Origin: Antedon mediterranea
Taxonomy: Eukaryota; Animalia; Echinodermata
Length of the DNA stretch: 64,000 nt
Assembly (NCBI RefSeq): GCF_964355755.1
Contig: NC_092670.1
Span: 27,640,388 to 27,704,387, forward strand
Direction of reading: 5' to 3'
Below the pieces are notes generated by a model that was not told the DNA's origin, ran no database searches, and was given only the letters and a program-made list of their open reading frames with translations. The translations under genes and the position numbers were made by a program. Below are positions 36,501 to 51,000 of this stretch, in pieces. Position 1 is the first letter of the stretch, and each line of letters starts with the position of its first letter.

Positions 36501-39500
36501 TTTTTTATGTTAACAAGTTTTTTCGAAAATCACAAAATGGTCTAAAACGTCTCCAAATGCGATTTGTAGCTATTCTGTACACTTTGCTGTTTTGAGAATA
36601 TTTTTTGTCGAAATGCTCAAAATGGTCAAAAACCGTTTTTAAATACGATATTAAGCTATTTTGTGCTCTTTGATGTTTTTGTGTGAAAAGTTTTATCGAA
36701 ATGCTCAAAATGGTCTAAAACGGTTTCTAATGTGATTTTAAGCACTTTGGTGTTTTTATGTTAACAAGTTTTTTCGAAAATCACAAAATGGGGTCTAAAA
36801 CGTCTCCAAATGTGATTTGAAGCTATTCTAAACACTTTGGTGTTTTTATGTTAACAAGTTTTTTCGAAAATCACAAATTGGTCTAAAACGTCTCCAAATG
36901 CGATTTTGAAGCTATTTTAAGCACTTTGGTGTTTTTGTGTAACCAAGTTTTTTCGAAAATCACAAAAGGGTCTAAAATGTCTCAAAATGCGATTTGAAGC
37001 TATTCTGTACACTTTGATGTTTTTTTGTTAACAAGTTTTTTCGAAAGTCACAAAATGGTCTAAAACGTCTCCAAATGCGATTTGAAGCTATTCTAAGCAC
37101 TTTGCTGTTTTGTGTGAATAATTTTTGTCGAAATGCTCAAAATGGTCAAAAACGTTTTTAAATACGATTTTAAGCTATTTTGTGCTCTTTGATGTTTTTG
37201 TGTGAAAAGTTTTATCGAAATGCTCAAAATGGTCTAAAACGGTTTCTAATGTGATTTTAAGCACTTTGATGTTTTTATGTTAACAACTTTTTTAGAAAAT
37301 CACAAAATGGTCTAAAACGTCTCCAAATGCGATTTGAAGCAATTCTAAGCACTTTGGTGTTTTTATGGTAACGAGTTTTTTTGAATATCACAAAATGGTC
37401 TAAAATGTCTCCAAATGCGATTTGAAGCTTTTCTAAGCACTTTGGTGTTTTTATGGTAACGAGTTATTTCGAAAATCACAAAATGGTCTAAAACGTCTCC
37501 AAATGCGATTTGAAGCTATTCTGTACACTTTGCTGTTTTGTGTGAATAATTTTTGTCAAAATGCTCAAAATGGTCAAAAACGTTTTTAAATACTATATTA
37601 AGCTATTTTGTGCTCTTGATGTTTTTGTGTGAAAAGTTTTATCGAAATGCTCAAAATGGTCTAAAACGGTTTCTAATGTGATTTTAAGCACTTTGATGTT
37701 TTTATGTTAACAACTTTTTTAGAAAATTACAAAATGGTGTAAAACGTCTCCAAATGCGATTTGAAGCTATTCTAAGCAATTTGGTGTTTTTATGTTAACA
37801 AGTTTTTTCGAAAATCACAAAATGGTCTAAAACGTCTCCAAATGCGATTTGAAGCTATTCTAAGCACTTTTGTGTTTTTATGTTAACAAGTTTTTTCGAA
37901 AATCACAAAATGGTCTAAAATGTCTCCAAATGCGATTTGAAGCTTTTCTAAGCACTTTTGTGTTTTTATGTTTACAAGTTTTTTCGAAAATCACAAAATG
38001 GTCTAAAACGTCTCCAAATGCGATTTGAAGCTATTCTGTACACTTTGCTGTTTTGTGTGAATAATTTTTGTCAAACTGCTCAAAATGGTCAAAAACGTTT
38101 TTAAATACTATATTAAGCTATTTTGTGTTCTTTGATGTTTTTATGTGAAAAGTTTTATCGAAATGCTCAAAATGGTCTAAAACGGTTTCTAATGTGATTT
38201 TAAGAACTTTGATGTTTTTATGTTAAAAACTTTTTTAGAAAATCACAAAATGGTCTAAAACGTCTCCAAATGCGATTTGAAGCAATTCTAAGCACTTTGG
38301 TGTTTTTATGTTAACACATTTTTTCGAAAATCACAAAATGGTCTACAACGTCTCCAAATGCGATTTGAAGATATTCTAAGCACTTTGGTGTTTTTATGTT
38401 AACAAGTTTTTTCGAAAATCACAAAGTGGTATAAAACGTCTCCAAATGCGATTTTAAGGTATTCTAAGCACTTTGGTGTTTTTATGTTAACAAGTTTTTT
38501 CGAAAATCACAAAATGGTCTAAAACGTCTCCAAATGTGATTTGAAGCTATTCTAAACACTTTGGTGTTTTTATGTTAACAAGTTTTTTCGAAAATCACAA
38601 ATTGGTCTAAAACGTCTCCAAATGCGATTTGAAGCTATTTTAAGCACTTTGGTGTTTTTGTGTAACCAAGTTTTTTCGAAAATCACAAAAGGGTCTAAAA
38701 TGTCTCAAAATGCGATTTGAAGCTATTCTGTACACTTTGAAGTTTTTATGTTAACAACTTTTTTAGAAAATCACAAAATGGTCTAAAACGTCTCCAAATG
38801 CGATTTGAAGCAATTCTAAGCACTTTGGTGTTTTTATGGTAACGAGTTTTTTTGAATATCACAAAATGGTCTAAAATGTCTCCAAATGCGATTTGAAGCT
38901 TTTCTAAGCACTTTGGTGTTTTTATGTTAACAAGTTTTTTCGAAAATCACAAAATGGTCTAAAACGTCTCCAAATGCGATTTGAAGCTATTCTGTACACT
39001 TTGCTGTTTTGTGTGAATAATTTTTGTCGAAATGCTCAAAATGGTCAAAAACGTTTTTAAATACGATATTAAGCTATTTTGTGCTCTTTGATGTTTTTGT
39101 GTGAAAAGTTTTATCGAAATGCTCAAAATGGTCTAAAACGGTTTCTAATGTGATTTTAAGCACTTTGATGTTTTTATGTTAACAACTTTTTTAGAAAATC
39201 ACAAAATGGTCTAAAACGTCTCCAAATGCGATTTGAAGCAATTCTAAGCACTTTGGTGTTTTTATGGTAACGAGTTTTTTTGAATATCACAAAATGGTCT
39301 AAAACGTCTCCAAATGCGATTTGAAGCTTTTCTAAGCACTTTGGTGTTTTTATGTTTACAAGTTTTTTCGAAAATCACAAAATGGTCTAAAACGGCTCCA
39401 AATACGATTTGAAGCTATTCTAAGCACTTTGGTGTTTTTATGTTAACAAGTTTTTTCGAAAATCACAAAATGGTCTAAAACGTCTCCAAATGCGATTTGA

Positions 39501-42500
39501 AGCTATTCTAAGCACTTTGGTGTTTTTATGTTAACAAGTTTTTTCGAAAATCACAAAATGGTGTAAAACGTCTCCAAATGCGATTTGAAGCTATTCTAAG
39601 CAATTTTGTGTTTTTATGTTAACAAGTTTTTTCGAAAATCACAAAATGGTCTAAAACGTCTCCAAATGCGATTTGAAGCTATTCTAAGCACTTTTGTGTT
39701 TTTATGTTAACAAGTTTTTTCGAAAATCACAAAATGGTCTAAAATGTCTCAAAATGCGATTTGAAGCTATTCTGTACACTTTGCTGTTTTGTGTGAATAA
39801 TTTTTGTCAAAATGCTCAAAATGGTCAAAAACGTTTTTAAATACTATATTAAGCTATTTTGTGCTCTTTGATGTTTTTGTGTGAAAAGTTTTATCGAAAT
39901 GCTCAAAATGGTCTAAAACGGTTTCTAATGTGATTTTAAGCACTTTGGTGTTTTTATGTTAACAAGTTTTTTCGAAAATCACAAAATGGTCTAAAATGTC
40001 TCCAAATGCGATCTGAAGCTTTTCTAAGCACTTTGGTGTTTTTATGTTAACAAGTTTTTTCGAAAATCACAAAATGGTCTAAAACGTCTCCAAATGTGAT
40101 TTGAAGCTATTCTAAACACTTTGGTGTTTTTATGTTAACAAGTTTTTTCGAAAATCACAAATTGGTCTAAAACGTCTCCAAATGCGATTTGAAGCTATTT
40201 TAAGCACTTTGGTTTTTTTGTGTAACCAAGTTTTTTCGAAAATCACAAAAGGGTCTAAAATGTCTCAAAATGCGATTTGAAGCTATTCTGTACACTTTGA
40301 TGTTTTTTTGTTAACAAGTTTTTTCGAAAGTCACAAAATGGTCTAAAAAGTCTCCAAATGCGATTTGAAGCTATTCTAAGCACTTTGGTGTTTTTATGTT
40401 AACAAGTTTTATCGAAAATCACAAAATGGTGTAAAACGTCTCCAAATGCGATTTGAAGCTATTCTAAGCACTTTGGTGTTTTTATGTTAACAAGTTTTTT
40501 CGAAAATCACAAAATGGTGTAAAACGTCTCCAAATGCGATTTTAAGCTATTCTAAGCAATTTGGTGTTTTTATGTTAACAAGTTTTTTCGAAAATCACAA
40601 AATGGTCTAAAACGTCTCCAAATGCGATTTGAAGCTATTCTGTACACTTTGCTGTTTTGTGAGAATAATTTTTGTCGAAATGCTCAAAATGGTCAAAAAC
40701 GTTTTTAAATACGATATTAAGCTATTTTGTGCTCTTTGATGTTTTTGTGTGAAAAGTTTTATCGAAATGCTCAAAATGGTCTAAAACGGTTTCTAATGTG
40801 ATTTTAAGCACTTTGATGTTTTTATGTTAACAACTTTTTTAGAAAATTACAAAATGGTGTAAAACGTCTCCAAATGCGATTTGAAGCTATTCTAAGCAAT
40901 TTCGTGTTTTTATGTTAACAAGTTTTTTCGAAAATCACAAAATGGTCTAAAACGTCTCCAAATGCGATTTGAAGCTATTCTAAGCACTTTTGTGTTTTTA
41001 TGTTAACAAGTTTTTTCGAAAATCACAAAATGGTCTAAAACGTCTCCAAATGCGATTTGAAGCTATTCTGTACACTTTGCTGTTTTGTGTGAATAATTTT
41101 TTGTCGAAATGCTCAAAATGGTCAAAAACGTTTTTAAATACGATATTAAGCTATTTTGTGCTCTTTGATGTTTTTGTGTGAAAAGTTTTATCGAAATGCT
41201 CAAAATGGTCTAAAACGGTTTCTAATGTGATTTTAAGCACTTTGATGTTTTTATGTTAACAACTTTTTTAGAAAATCACAAAATGGTCTAAAACGTCTCC
41301 AAATGCGATTTGAAGCAATTCTAAGCACTTTGGTGTTTTTATGGTAACGAGTTTTTTTGAATATCACAAAATGGTCTAAAACGTCTCCAAATGCGATTTG
41401 AAGCTTTTCTAAGCACTTTGGTGTTTTTATGTTTACAAGTTTTTTCGAAAATCACAAAATGGTCTAAAACGGCTCCAAATACGATTTGAAGCTATTCTAA
41501 GCACTTTGGTGTTTTTATGTTAACAAGTTTTTTCGAAAATCACAAAATGGTCTAAAACGTCTCCAAATGCGATTTGAAGCTATTCTAAGCACTTTGGTGT
41601 TTTTATGTTAACAAGTTTTTTCGAAAATCACAAAATGGTGTAAAACGTCTCCAAATGCGATTTGAAGCTATTCTAAGCAATTTTGTGTTTTTATGTTAAC
41701 AAGTTTTTTCGAAAATCACAAAATGGTCTAAAACGTCTCCAAATGCGATTTGAAGCTATTCTAAGCACTTTTGTGTTTTTATGTTAACAAGTTTTTTCGA
41801 AAATCACAAAATGGTCTAAAATGTCTCAAAATGCGATTTGAAGCTATTCTGTACACTTTGCTGTTTTGTGTGAATAATTTTTGTCAAAATGCTCAAAATG
41901 GTCAAAAACGTTTTTAAATACTATATTAAGCTATTTTGTGTTCTTTGATGTTTTTGTGTGAAAAGTTTTTTCGAAATGCTCAAAATGGTCTAAAACGGTT
42001 TCTAATGTGATTTTAAGCACTTTGATGTTTTTATGTTAACAACTTTTTTAGAAAATTACAAAATGGTCTAAAACGTCTCCAAATGCGATTTGAAGCAATT
42101 CTAAGCACTTTGGTGTTTTTATGTTAACAAGTTTTTTCGAAAATCACAAAATGGTCTAAAACGTCTCCAAATGCGATTTGAAGCTATTCTGTACACTTTG
42201 CTGTTTTGTGTGAATAATTTTTGTTGAAATGCTCAAAATGGTCAAAAACGTTTTTAAATACGATATTAAGCTATTTTGTGCTCTTTGATGTTTTTGTGTG
42301 AAAAGTTTTATCGAAATGCTCAAAATGGTCTAAAACGGTTTCTAATGTGATTTTAAGCACTTTGGTGTTTTTATGTTAACAAGTTTTTTCGAAAATCACA
42401 AAATGGTCTAAAACGTCTCCAAATGTGATTTGAAGCTATTCTAAACACTTTGGTGTTTTTATGTTAACATGTTTTTTCGAAAATCACAAATTGGTCTAAA

Positions 42501-45500
42501 ACGTCTCCAAATGCGATTTGAAGCTATTTTAAGCACTTTGGTGTTTTTGTGTAACCAAGTTTTTTCGAAAATCACAAAAGGGTCTAAAATGTCTCAAAAT
42601 GCGATTTGAAGCTATTCTGTACACTTTGATGTTTTTTTGTTAACAAGTTTTTTCGAAAGTCACAAAATGGTCTAAAAAGTCTCCAAATGCGATTTGAAGC
42701 TATTCTAAGCACTTTGGTGTTTTTATGTTAACAAGTTTTATCGAAAATCACAAAATGGTGTAAAACGTCTCCAAATGCGATTTGAAGCTATTCTAAGCAC
42801 TTTGGTGTTTTTATGTTAACAAGTTTTTTCGAAAATCACAAAATGGTGTAAAACGTCTCCAAATGCGATTTTAAGCTATTCTAAGCAATTTGGTGTTTTT
42901 ATGTCAACAAGTTTTTTCGAAAATCACAAAATGGTCTAAAACGTCTCCAAATGCGATTTGAAGCTATTCTGTACACTTTGCTGTTTTGTGAGAATAATTT
43001 TTGTCGAAATGCTCAAAATGGTCAAAAACGTTTTTAAATACGATATTAAGCTATTTTGTGCTCTTTGATGTTTTTGTGTGAAAAGTTTTATCGAAATGCT
43101 CAAAATGGTCTAAAACGGTTTCTAATGTGATTTTAAGCACTTTGATGTTTTTATGTTAACAACTTTTTTAGAAAATTACAAAATGGTGTAAAACGTCTCC
43201 AAATGCGATTTGAAGCTATTCTAAGCAATTTCGTGTTTTTATGTTAACAAGTTTTTTCGAAAATCACAAAATGGTCTAAAACGTCTCCAAATGCGATTTG
43301 AAGCTATTCTAAGCACTTTTGTGTTTTTATGTTAACAAGTTTTTTCGAAAATCACAAAATGGTCTAAAATGTCTCCAAATGCGATTTTAAGGTATTCTAA
43401 GCACTTTGGTGTTTTTATGTTAACAAGTTTTTTCGAAAATCACAAAATGGTCTAAAACGTCTCCAAATGCGATTTGAAGCTATTCTAAGCACTTTGGTGT
43501 TTTTATGTTAACAAGTTTTTTCGAAAATCACAAAATGGTGTAAAACTTCTCCAAATACGATTTTAAGCTATTCTAAGCACTTTGGTGTTTTTATGTTAAC
43601 AAGTTTTTTCGAAAATTACAAAATGGTATAAAACGTCTCCAAATGCGATTTGAAGATTTTCTAAGCACTTTGGTGTTTTTATGTTAACAAGTTTTTTCGA
43701 AAATCACAAAATGGTCTAAAACGTCTCCAAATGCGATTTGAAGCTATTCTGTACACTTTGCTGTTTTGTGTGAATAATTTTTGTCGAAATGCTCAAAATG
43801 GTCAAAAACGTTTTTAAATACGATATTAAGCTATTTTGTGCTCTTTGATGTTTTTGTGTGAAAAGTTTTATCGAAATGCTCAAAATGGTCTAAAACGGTT
43901 TCTAATGTGATTTTAAGCACTTTGATGTTTTTATGTTAACAAGTTTTTTCGAAAATTACAAAATGGTATAAAACGTCTCCAAATGCGATTTGAAGATTTT
44001 CTAAGCACTTTGGTGTTTTTATGTTTACAAGTTTTTTCGAAAATCACAAAATGGTCTAAAACGTCTCCAAATGCGATTTGAAGCTATTCTGTACACTTTG
44101 CTGTTTTGTGTGAATAATTTGGTCAAAATGCTCAAAATGGTCAAAAACGTTTTTAAATACTATATTAAGCTATTTTGTGTTCTTTGATGTTTTTGTGTGA
44201 AAAGTTTTATCGAAATGCTCAAAATGGTCTAAAACGGTTTCTAATGAAATGATTTTAAGAACTTTGATGTTTTTATGTTAACAACTTTTTTAGAAAATCA
44301 CAAAATGGTCTAAAACGTCTACAAATGCGATTTGAAGCTATTCTAAGCACTTTGGTGTTTTTATGTTAACAAGTTTTTTCGAAAATCACAAAATGGTATA
44401 AAACGTCTCCAAATGAGATTTTAAGGTATTCTAAGCACTTTGGTGTTTTTATGTTAACAAGTTTTTTCGAAAATCACAAAATGGTCTAAAACGTCTACAA
44501 ATGCGATTTGAAGCTATTCTAAGCACTTTGGTGTTTTTATGTTAACAAGTTTTTTCGAAAATCACAAAATGGTCTAAAACGTCTCCAAATGCGATTTGAA
44601 GCTATTCTGTACACTTTGCTGTTTTGTGTGAATAATTTTTGTCGAAATGCTCAAAATGGTCAAAAACGTTTTTAAATACGATATTAAGCTATTTTGTGCT
44701 CTTTGATGTTTTTGTGTGAAAAGTTTTATCGAAATGCTCAAAATGGTCTAAAACGGTTTCTAATGTGATTTTAAGCACTTTGATGTTTTTATGTTAACAA
44801 CTTTTTTAGAAAATCACAAAATGGTCTAAAACGTCTCCAAATGCGATTTGAAGCAATTCTAAGCACTTTGGTGTTTTTATGGTAACGAGTTTTTTTGAAT
44901 ATCACAAAATGGTCTAAAATGTCTCCAAATGCGATTTGAAGCTATTCTGTACACTTTGATGTTTTTTTGTTAACAAGTTTTTTCGAAAGTCACAAAATGG
45001 TGTAAAACGTCTCCAAATGCGATTTGAAGCTATTCTAAGCACTTTGGTGTTTTTATGGTAACGAATTTTTTTGAATATCACAAAATGGTCTAAAATGTCT
45101 CCAAATGCGATTTGAAGCTATTCTAAACACTTTGGTGTTTTTATGTTAACAAGTTTTTTCGAAAATCACAAATTGGTCTAAAACGTCTCCAAATGCGATT
45201 TGAAGCTAGTTTAAGCACTTTGGTGTTTTTGTGTAACCAAGTTTTTTCGAAAATCACAAAAGGGTCTAAAATGTCTCAAAATGCGATTTGAAGCTATTCT
45301 GTACACTTTGATGTTTTTTTTGTTAACAAGTTTTTTCGAAAGTCACAAAATGGTCTAAAACGTCTCCAAATGCGATTTGAAGCTATTCTAAGCACTTTGG
45401 TGTTTTTATGTTAACAAGTTTTTTCGAAAATCACAAAATGGTGTAAAACGTCTCTAAATGCGATTTGAAGCTATTCTAAGCAATTTGGTGTTTTTATGTT

Positions 45501-48009
45501 AACAAGTTTTTTCGAAAATCACAAAATGGTGTAAAACGTCTCCAAATGCGATTTTAAGCTATTCTAAGCAATTTGGTGTTTTTTTATGTTAACAAGTTTT
45601 TTCGAAAATCACAAAATGGTCTAAAACGTCTCCAAATGCGATTTGAAGCTATTCTGTACACTTTGCTGTTTTGTGTGAATAATTTTTGTTGAAATGCTCA
45701 AAATGGTCAAAAACGTTTTTAAATACTATATTAAGCTATTTTGTGTTCTTTGATGTTTTTGTGTGAAAAGTTTTATCGAAATGCTCAAAATGGTCTAAAA
45801 CAGTTTCTAATGTGATTTTAAGCACTTTGATGTTTTTATGTTAACAACTTTTTTAGAAAATCACAAAATGGTCTAAAACGTCTCCAAATGCGATTTGAAG
45901 CAATTCTAAGCACTTTGGTGTTTTTATGTTAACAAGTTTTTTCGAAAATCACAAAATGGTATAAAACGTCTCCAAATGCGATTTGAAGCAATTCTAAGCA
46001 CTTTGGTGTTTTTATGTTAACAAGTTTTTTCGAAAATCACAAAATGGTATAAAACGTCTCCAAATGCGATTTTAAGGTATTCTAAGCACTTTGGTGTTTT
46101 TATGTTAACAAGTTTTTTCGAAAATCACAAAATGGTCTAAAACGTCTCCAAATGCGATTTGAAGCTATTCTGTACACTTTGCTGTTTTGTGTGAATAATT
46201 TTTGTCGAAATGCTCAAAATGGTCAAAAACGTTTTTAAATACGATATTAAGCTATTTTGTGCTCTTTGATGTTTTTGTGTGAAAAGTTTTATCGAAATGC
46301 TCAAAATGGTCTAAAACGGTTTCTAATGTGATTTTAAGCACTTTGATGTTTTTATGTTAACAACTTTTTTAGAAAATCACAAAATGGTCTAAAACGTCTC
46401 CAAATGCGATTTGAAGCAATTCTAAGCACTTTGGTGTTTTTATGGTAACGAGTTTTTTTGAATATCACAAAATGGTCTAAAATGTCTCCAAATGCGATTT
46501 GAAGCTAATCTGTACACTTTGATGTTTTTTTGTTAACAAGTTTTTTCGAAAGTCACAAAATGGTCTAAAACGTCTCCAAATGTGATTTGAAGCTATTCTA
46601 AACACTTTGGTGTTTTTATGTTAACAAGTTTTTTCGAAAATCACAAATTGGTCTAAAACGTCTCCAAATGCGATTTGAAGCTAGTTTAAGCACTTTGGTG
46701 TTTTTGTGTAACCAAGTTTTTTCGAAAATCACAAAAGGGTCTAAAATGTCTCAAAATGCGATTTGAAGCTATTCTGTACACTTTGATGTTTTTTTTGTTA
46801 ACAAGTTTTTTCGAAAGTCACAAAATGGTCTAAAACGTCCCCAAATGCGATTTGAAGCTATTCTAAGCACTTTGGTGTTTTTATGTTAACAAGTTTTTTC
46901 GAAAATCACAAAATGGTGTAAAACGTCTCCAAATGCGATTTGAAGCTATTCTAAGCAATTTGGTGTTTTTATGTTAACAAGTTTTTTCGAAAATCACAAA
47001 ATGGTGTAAAACGTCTCCAAATGCGATTTTAAGCTATTCTAAGCAATTTGGTGTTTTTTTATGTTAACAAGTTTTTTCGAAAATCACAAAATGGTCTAAA
47101 ACGTCTCCAAATGCGATTTGTAGCTATTCTGTACACTTTGCTGTTTTGTGAGAATATTTTTTGTCGAAATGCTCAAAATGGTCAAAAACGTTTTTAAATA
47201 CGATATTAAGCTATTTTGTGCTCTTTGATGTTTTTGTGTGAAAAGTTTTATCGAAATGCTCAAAATGGTCTAAAACGGTTTCTAATGTGATTTTAAGCAC
47301 TTTGGTGTTTTTATGTTAACAAGTTTTTTCGAAAATCACAAAATGGGGTCTAAAACGTCTCCAAATGTGATTTGAAGCTATTCTAAACACTTTGGTGTTT
47401 TTATGTTAACAAGTTTTTTCGAAAATCACAAATTGGTCTAAAACGTCTCCAAATGCGATTTGAAGCTATTTTAAGCACTTTGGTGTTTTTGTGTAACCAA
47501 GTTTTTTCGAAAATCACAAAAGGGTCTAAAATGTCTCAAAATGCGATTTGAAGCTATTCTGTACACTTTGATGTTTTTTTGTTAACAAGTTTTTTCGAAA
47601 GTCACAAAATGGTCTAAAACGTCTCCAAATGCGATTTGAAGCTATTCTAAGCACTTTGCTGTTTTGTGTGAATAATTTTTGTCGAAATGCTCAAAATGGT
47701 CAAAAACGTTTTTAAATACGATTTTAAGCTATTTTGTGCTCTTTGATGTTTTTGTGTGAAAAGTTTTATCGAAATGCTCAAAATGGTCTAAAACGGTTTC
47801 TAATGTGATTTTAAGCACTTTGATGTTTTTATGTTAACAACTTTTTTAGAAAATCACAAAATGGTCTAAAACGTCTCCAAATGCGATTTGAAGCAATTCT
47901 AAGCACTTTGGTGTTTTTATGGTAACGAGTTTTTTTGAATATCACAAAATGGTCTAAAATGTCTCCAAATGCGATTTGAAGCTTTTCTAAGCACTTTGGT
48001 GTTTTTATG
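26640..48009 (+). repeat. Tandem duplication with ~10,554-bp period (copies ~26.7-37.3 kb and ~37.3-48.0 kb)
   Basis: Offsets of 10,554-10,555 for ORF hits (30436/40990), TGAAATGA (33691/44245), CACATTTT (27761/38315), TAATTTGGTC (33561/44115) and TGGGGTCT (36789/47344). The junction lies between ~37195 and ~37455. Confidence 0.9.
27556..34019 (+). repeat. Higher-order repeat unit, copy 3 (partial)
   Basis: The TGAAATGA marker at 25748 and 33691 is 7,943 apart. Colinearity breaks at ~34020, where GGTCTA...TCTGTACAC replaces the GGTATA...AAGGTATTC seen at ~26077. Confidence 0.85.
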
Positions 48010-51000
48010 TTAACAAGTTTTTTCGAAAATCACAAAATGGTCTAAAACGTCTCCAAATGCGATTTGAAGCTATTCTGTACACTTTGCTGTTTTGTGTGAA
48101 TAATTTTTGTCGAAATGCTCAAAATGGTCAAAAACGTTTTTAAATACGATATTAAGCTATTTTGTGCTCTTTGATGTTTTTGTGTGAAAAGTTTTATCGA
48201 AATGCTCAAAATGGTCTAAAACGGTTTCTAATGTGATTTTAAGCACTTTGATGTTTTTATGTTAACAACTTTTTTAGAAAATTACAAAATGGTGTAAAAC
48301 GTCTCCAAATGCGATTTGAAGCTATTCTAAGCAATTTGGTGTTTTTATGTTAACAAGTTTTTTCGAAAATCACAAAATGGTCTAAAACGTCTCCAAATGC
48401 GATTTGAAGCTATTCTAAGCACTTTTGTGTTTTTATGTTAACAAGTTTTTTCGAAAATCACAAAATGGTCTAAAATGTCTCCAAATGCGATTTGAAGCTT
48501 TTCTAAGCACTTTTGTGTTTTTATGTTTACAAGTTTTTTCGAAAATCACAAAATGGTCTAAAACGTCTCCAAATGCGATTTGAAGCTATTCTGTACACTT
48601 TGCTGTTTTGTGTGAATAATTTTTGTCAAAATGCTCAAAATGGTCAAAAACGTTTTTAAATACTATATTAAGCTATTTTGTGTTCTTTGATGTTTTTATG
48701 TGAAAAGTTTTATCGAAATGCTCAAAATGGTCTAAAACGGTTTCTAATGTGATTTTAAGAACTTTGATGTTTTTATGTTAAAAACTTTTTTAGAAAATCA
48801 CAAAATGGTCTAAAACGTCTCCAAATGCGATTTGAAGCAATTCTAAGCACTTTGGTGTTTTTATGTTAACATGTTTTTTCGAAAATCACAAAATGGTCTA
48901 CAACGTCTCCAAATGCGATTTGAAGATATTCTAAGCACTTTGGTGTTTTTATGTTAACAAGTTTTTTCGAAAATCACAAAGTGGTATAAAACGTCTCCAA
49001 ATGCGATTTTAAGGTATTCTAAGCACTTTGGTGTTTTTATGTTAACAAGTTTTTTCGAAAATCACAAAATGGTCTAAAACGTCTCCAAATGTGATTTGAA
49101 GCTATTCTAAACACTTTGGTGTTTTTATGTTAACAAGTTTTTTTGAAAATCACAAATTGGTCTAAAACGTCTCCAAATGCGATTTGAAGCTATTTTAAGC
49201 ACTTTGGTGTTTTTGTGTAACCAAGTTTTTTCGAAAATCACAAAAGGGTCTAAAATGTCTCAAAATGCGATTTGAAGCTATTCTGTACACTTTGATGTTT
49301 TTATGTTAACAACTTTTTTAGAAAATCACAAAATGGTCTAAAACGTCTCCAAATGCGATTTGAAGCAATTCTAAGCACTTTGGTGTTTTTATGGTAACGA
49401 GTTTTTTTGAATATCACAAAATGGTCTAAAATGTCTCCAAATGCGATTTGAAGCTTTTCTAAGCACTTTGGTGTTTTTATGTTAACAAGTTTTTTCGAAA
49501 ATCACAAAATGGTCTAAAACGTCTCCAAATGCGATTTGAAGCTATTCTGTACACTTTGCTGTTTTGTGTGAATAATTTTTGTCGAAATGCTCAAAATGGT
49601 CAAAAACGTTTTTAAATACGATATTAAACTATTTTGTGCTCTTTGATGTTTTTGTGTGAAAAGTTTTATCGAAATGCTCAAAATGGTCTAAAACGGTTTC
49701 TAATGTGATTTTAAGCACTTTGATGTTTTTATGTTAACAACTTTTTTCGAAAATCACAAAATGGTCTAAAACGTCTCCAAATGCGATTTGAAGCTATTCT
49801 AAGCACTTTGGTGTTTTTATGTTAACAAGTTTTTTCGAAAATCACAAAATGGTGTAAAACGTCTCCAAATGCGATTTGAAGCTATTCTAAGCAATTTTGT
49901 GTTTTTATGTTAACAAGTTTTTTCGAAAATCACAAAATGGTCTAAAACGTCTCCAAATGCGATTTGAAGCTATTCTAAGCACTTTTGTGTTTTTATGTTA
50001 ACAAGTTTTTTCGAAAATCACAAAATGGTCTAAAATGTCTCAAAATGCGATTTGAAGCTATTCTGTACACTTTGCTGTTTTGTGTGAATAATTTTTGTCA
50101 AAATGCTCAAAATGGTCAAAAACGTTTTTAAATACTATATTAAGCTATTTTGTGTTCTTTGATGTTTTTGTGTGAAAAGTTTTTTCGAAATGCTCAAAAT
50201 GGTCTAAAACGGTTTCTAATGTGATTTTAAGCACTTTGATGTTTTTATGTTAACAACTTTTTTAGAAAATTACAAAATGGTCTAAAACGTCTCCAAATGC
50301 GATTTGAAGCAATTCTAAGCACTTTGGTGTTTTTATGTTAACAAGTTTTTTCGAAAATCACAAAATGGTCTAAAACGTCTCCAAATGCGATTTGAAGCTA
50401 TTCGGTACACTTTGCTGTTTTGTGTGAATAATTTTTGTTGAAATGCTCAAAATGGTCAAAAACGTTTTTAAATACGATATTAAGCTATTTTGTGCTCTTT
50501 GATGTTTTTGTGTGAAAAGTTTTATCGAAATGCTCAAAATGGTCTAAAACGGTTTCTAATGTGATTTTAAGCACTTTGGTGTTTTTATGTTAACAAGTTT
50601 TTTCGAAAATCACAAAATGGTCTAAAATGTCTCCAAATGCGATCTGAAGCTTTTCTAAGCACTTTGGTGTTTTTATGTTAACAAGTTTTTTCGAAAATCA
50701 CAAAATGGTCTAAAACGTCTCCAAATGTGATTTGAAGCTATTCTAAACACTTTGGTGTTTTTATGTTAACAAGTTTTTTCGAAAATCACAAATTGGTCTA
50801 AAACGTCTCCAAATGCGATTTGAAGCTATTTTAAGCACTTTGGTTTTTTTGTGTAACCAAGTTTTTTCGAAAATCACAAAAGGGTCTAAAATGTCTCAAA
50901 ATGCGATTTGAAGCTATTCTGTACACTTTGATGTTTTTTTGTTAACAAGTTTTTTCGAAAGTCACAAAATGGTCTAAAAAGTCTCCAAATGCGATTTGAA

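Noticed and set aside
36505-36708. 67-aa minus-strand ORF
   Set aside because: It is created by the private -2 and +1 indels at ~36590-36635 and is absent from the sister copies at ~47.1 and ~55.4 kb. It is a chance ORF, possibly from sequence error.
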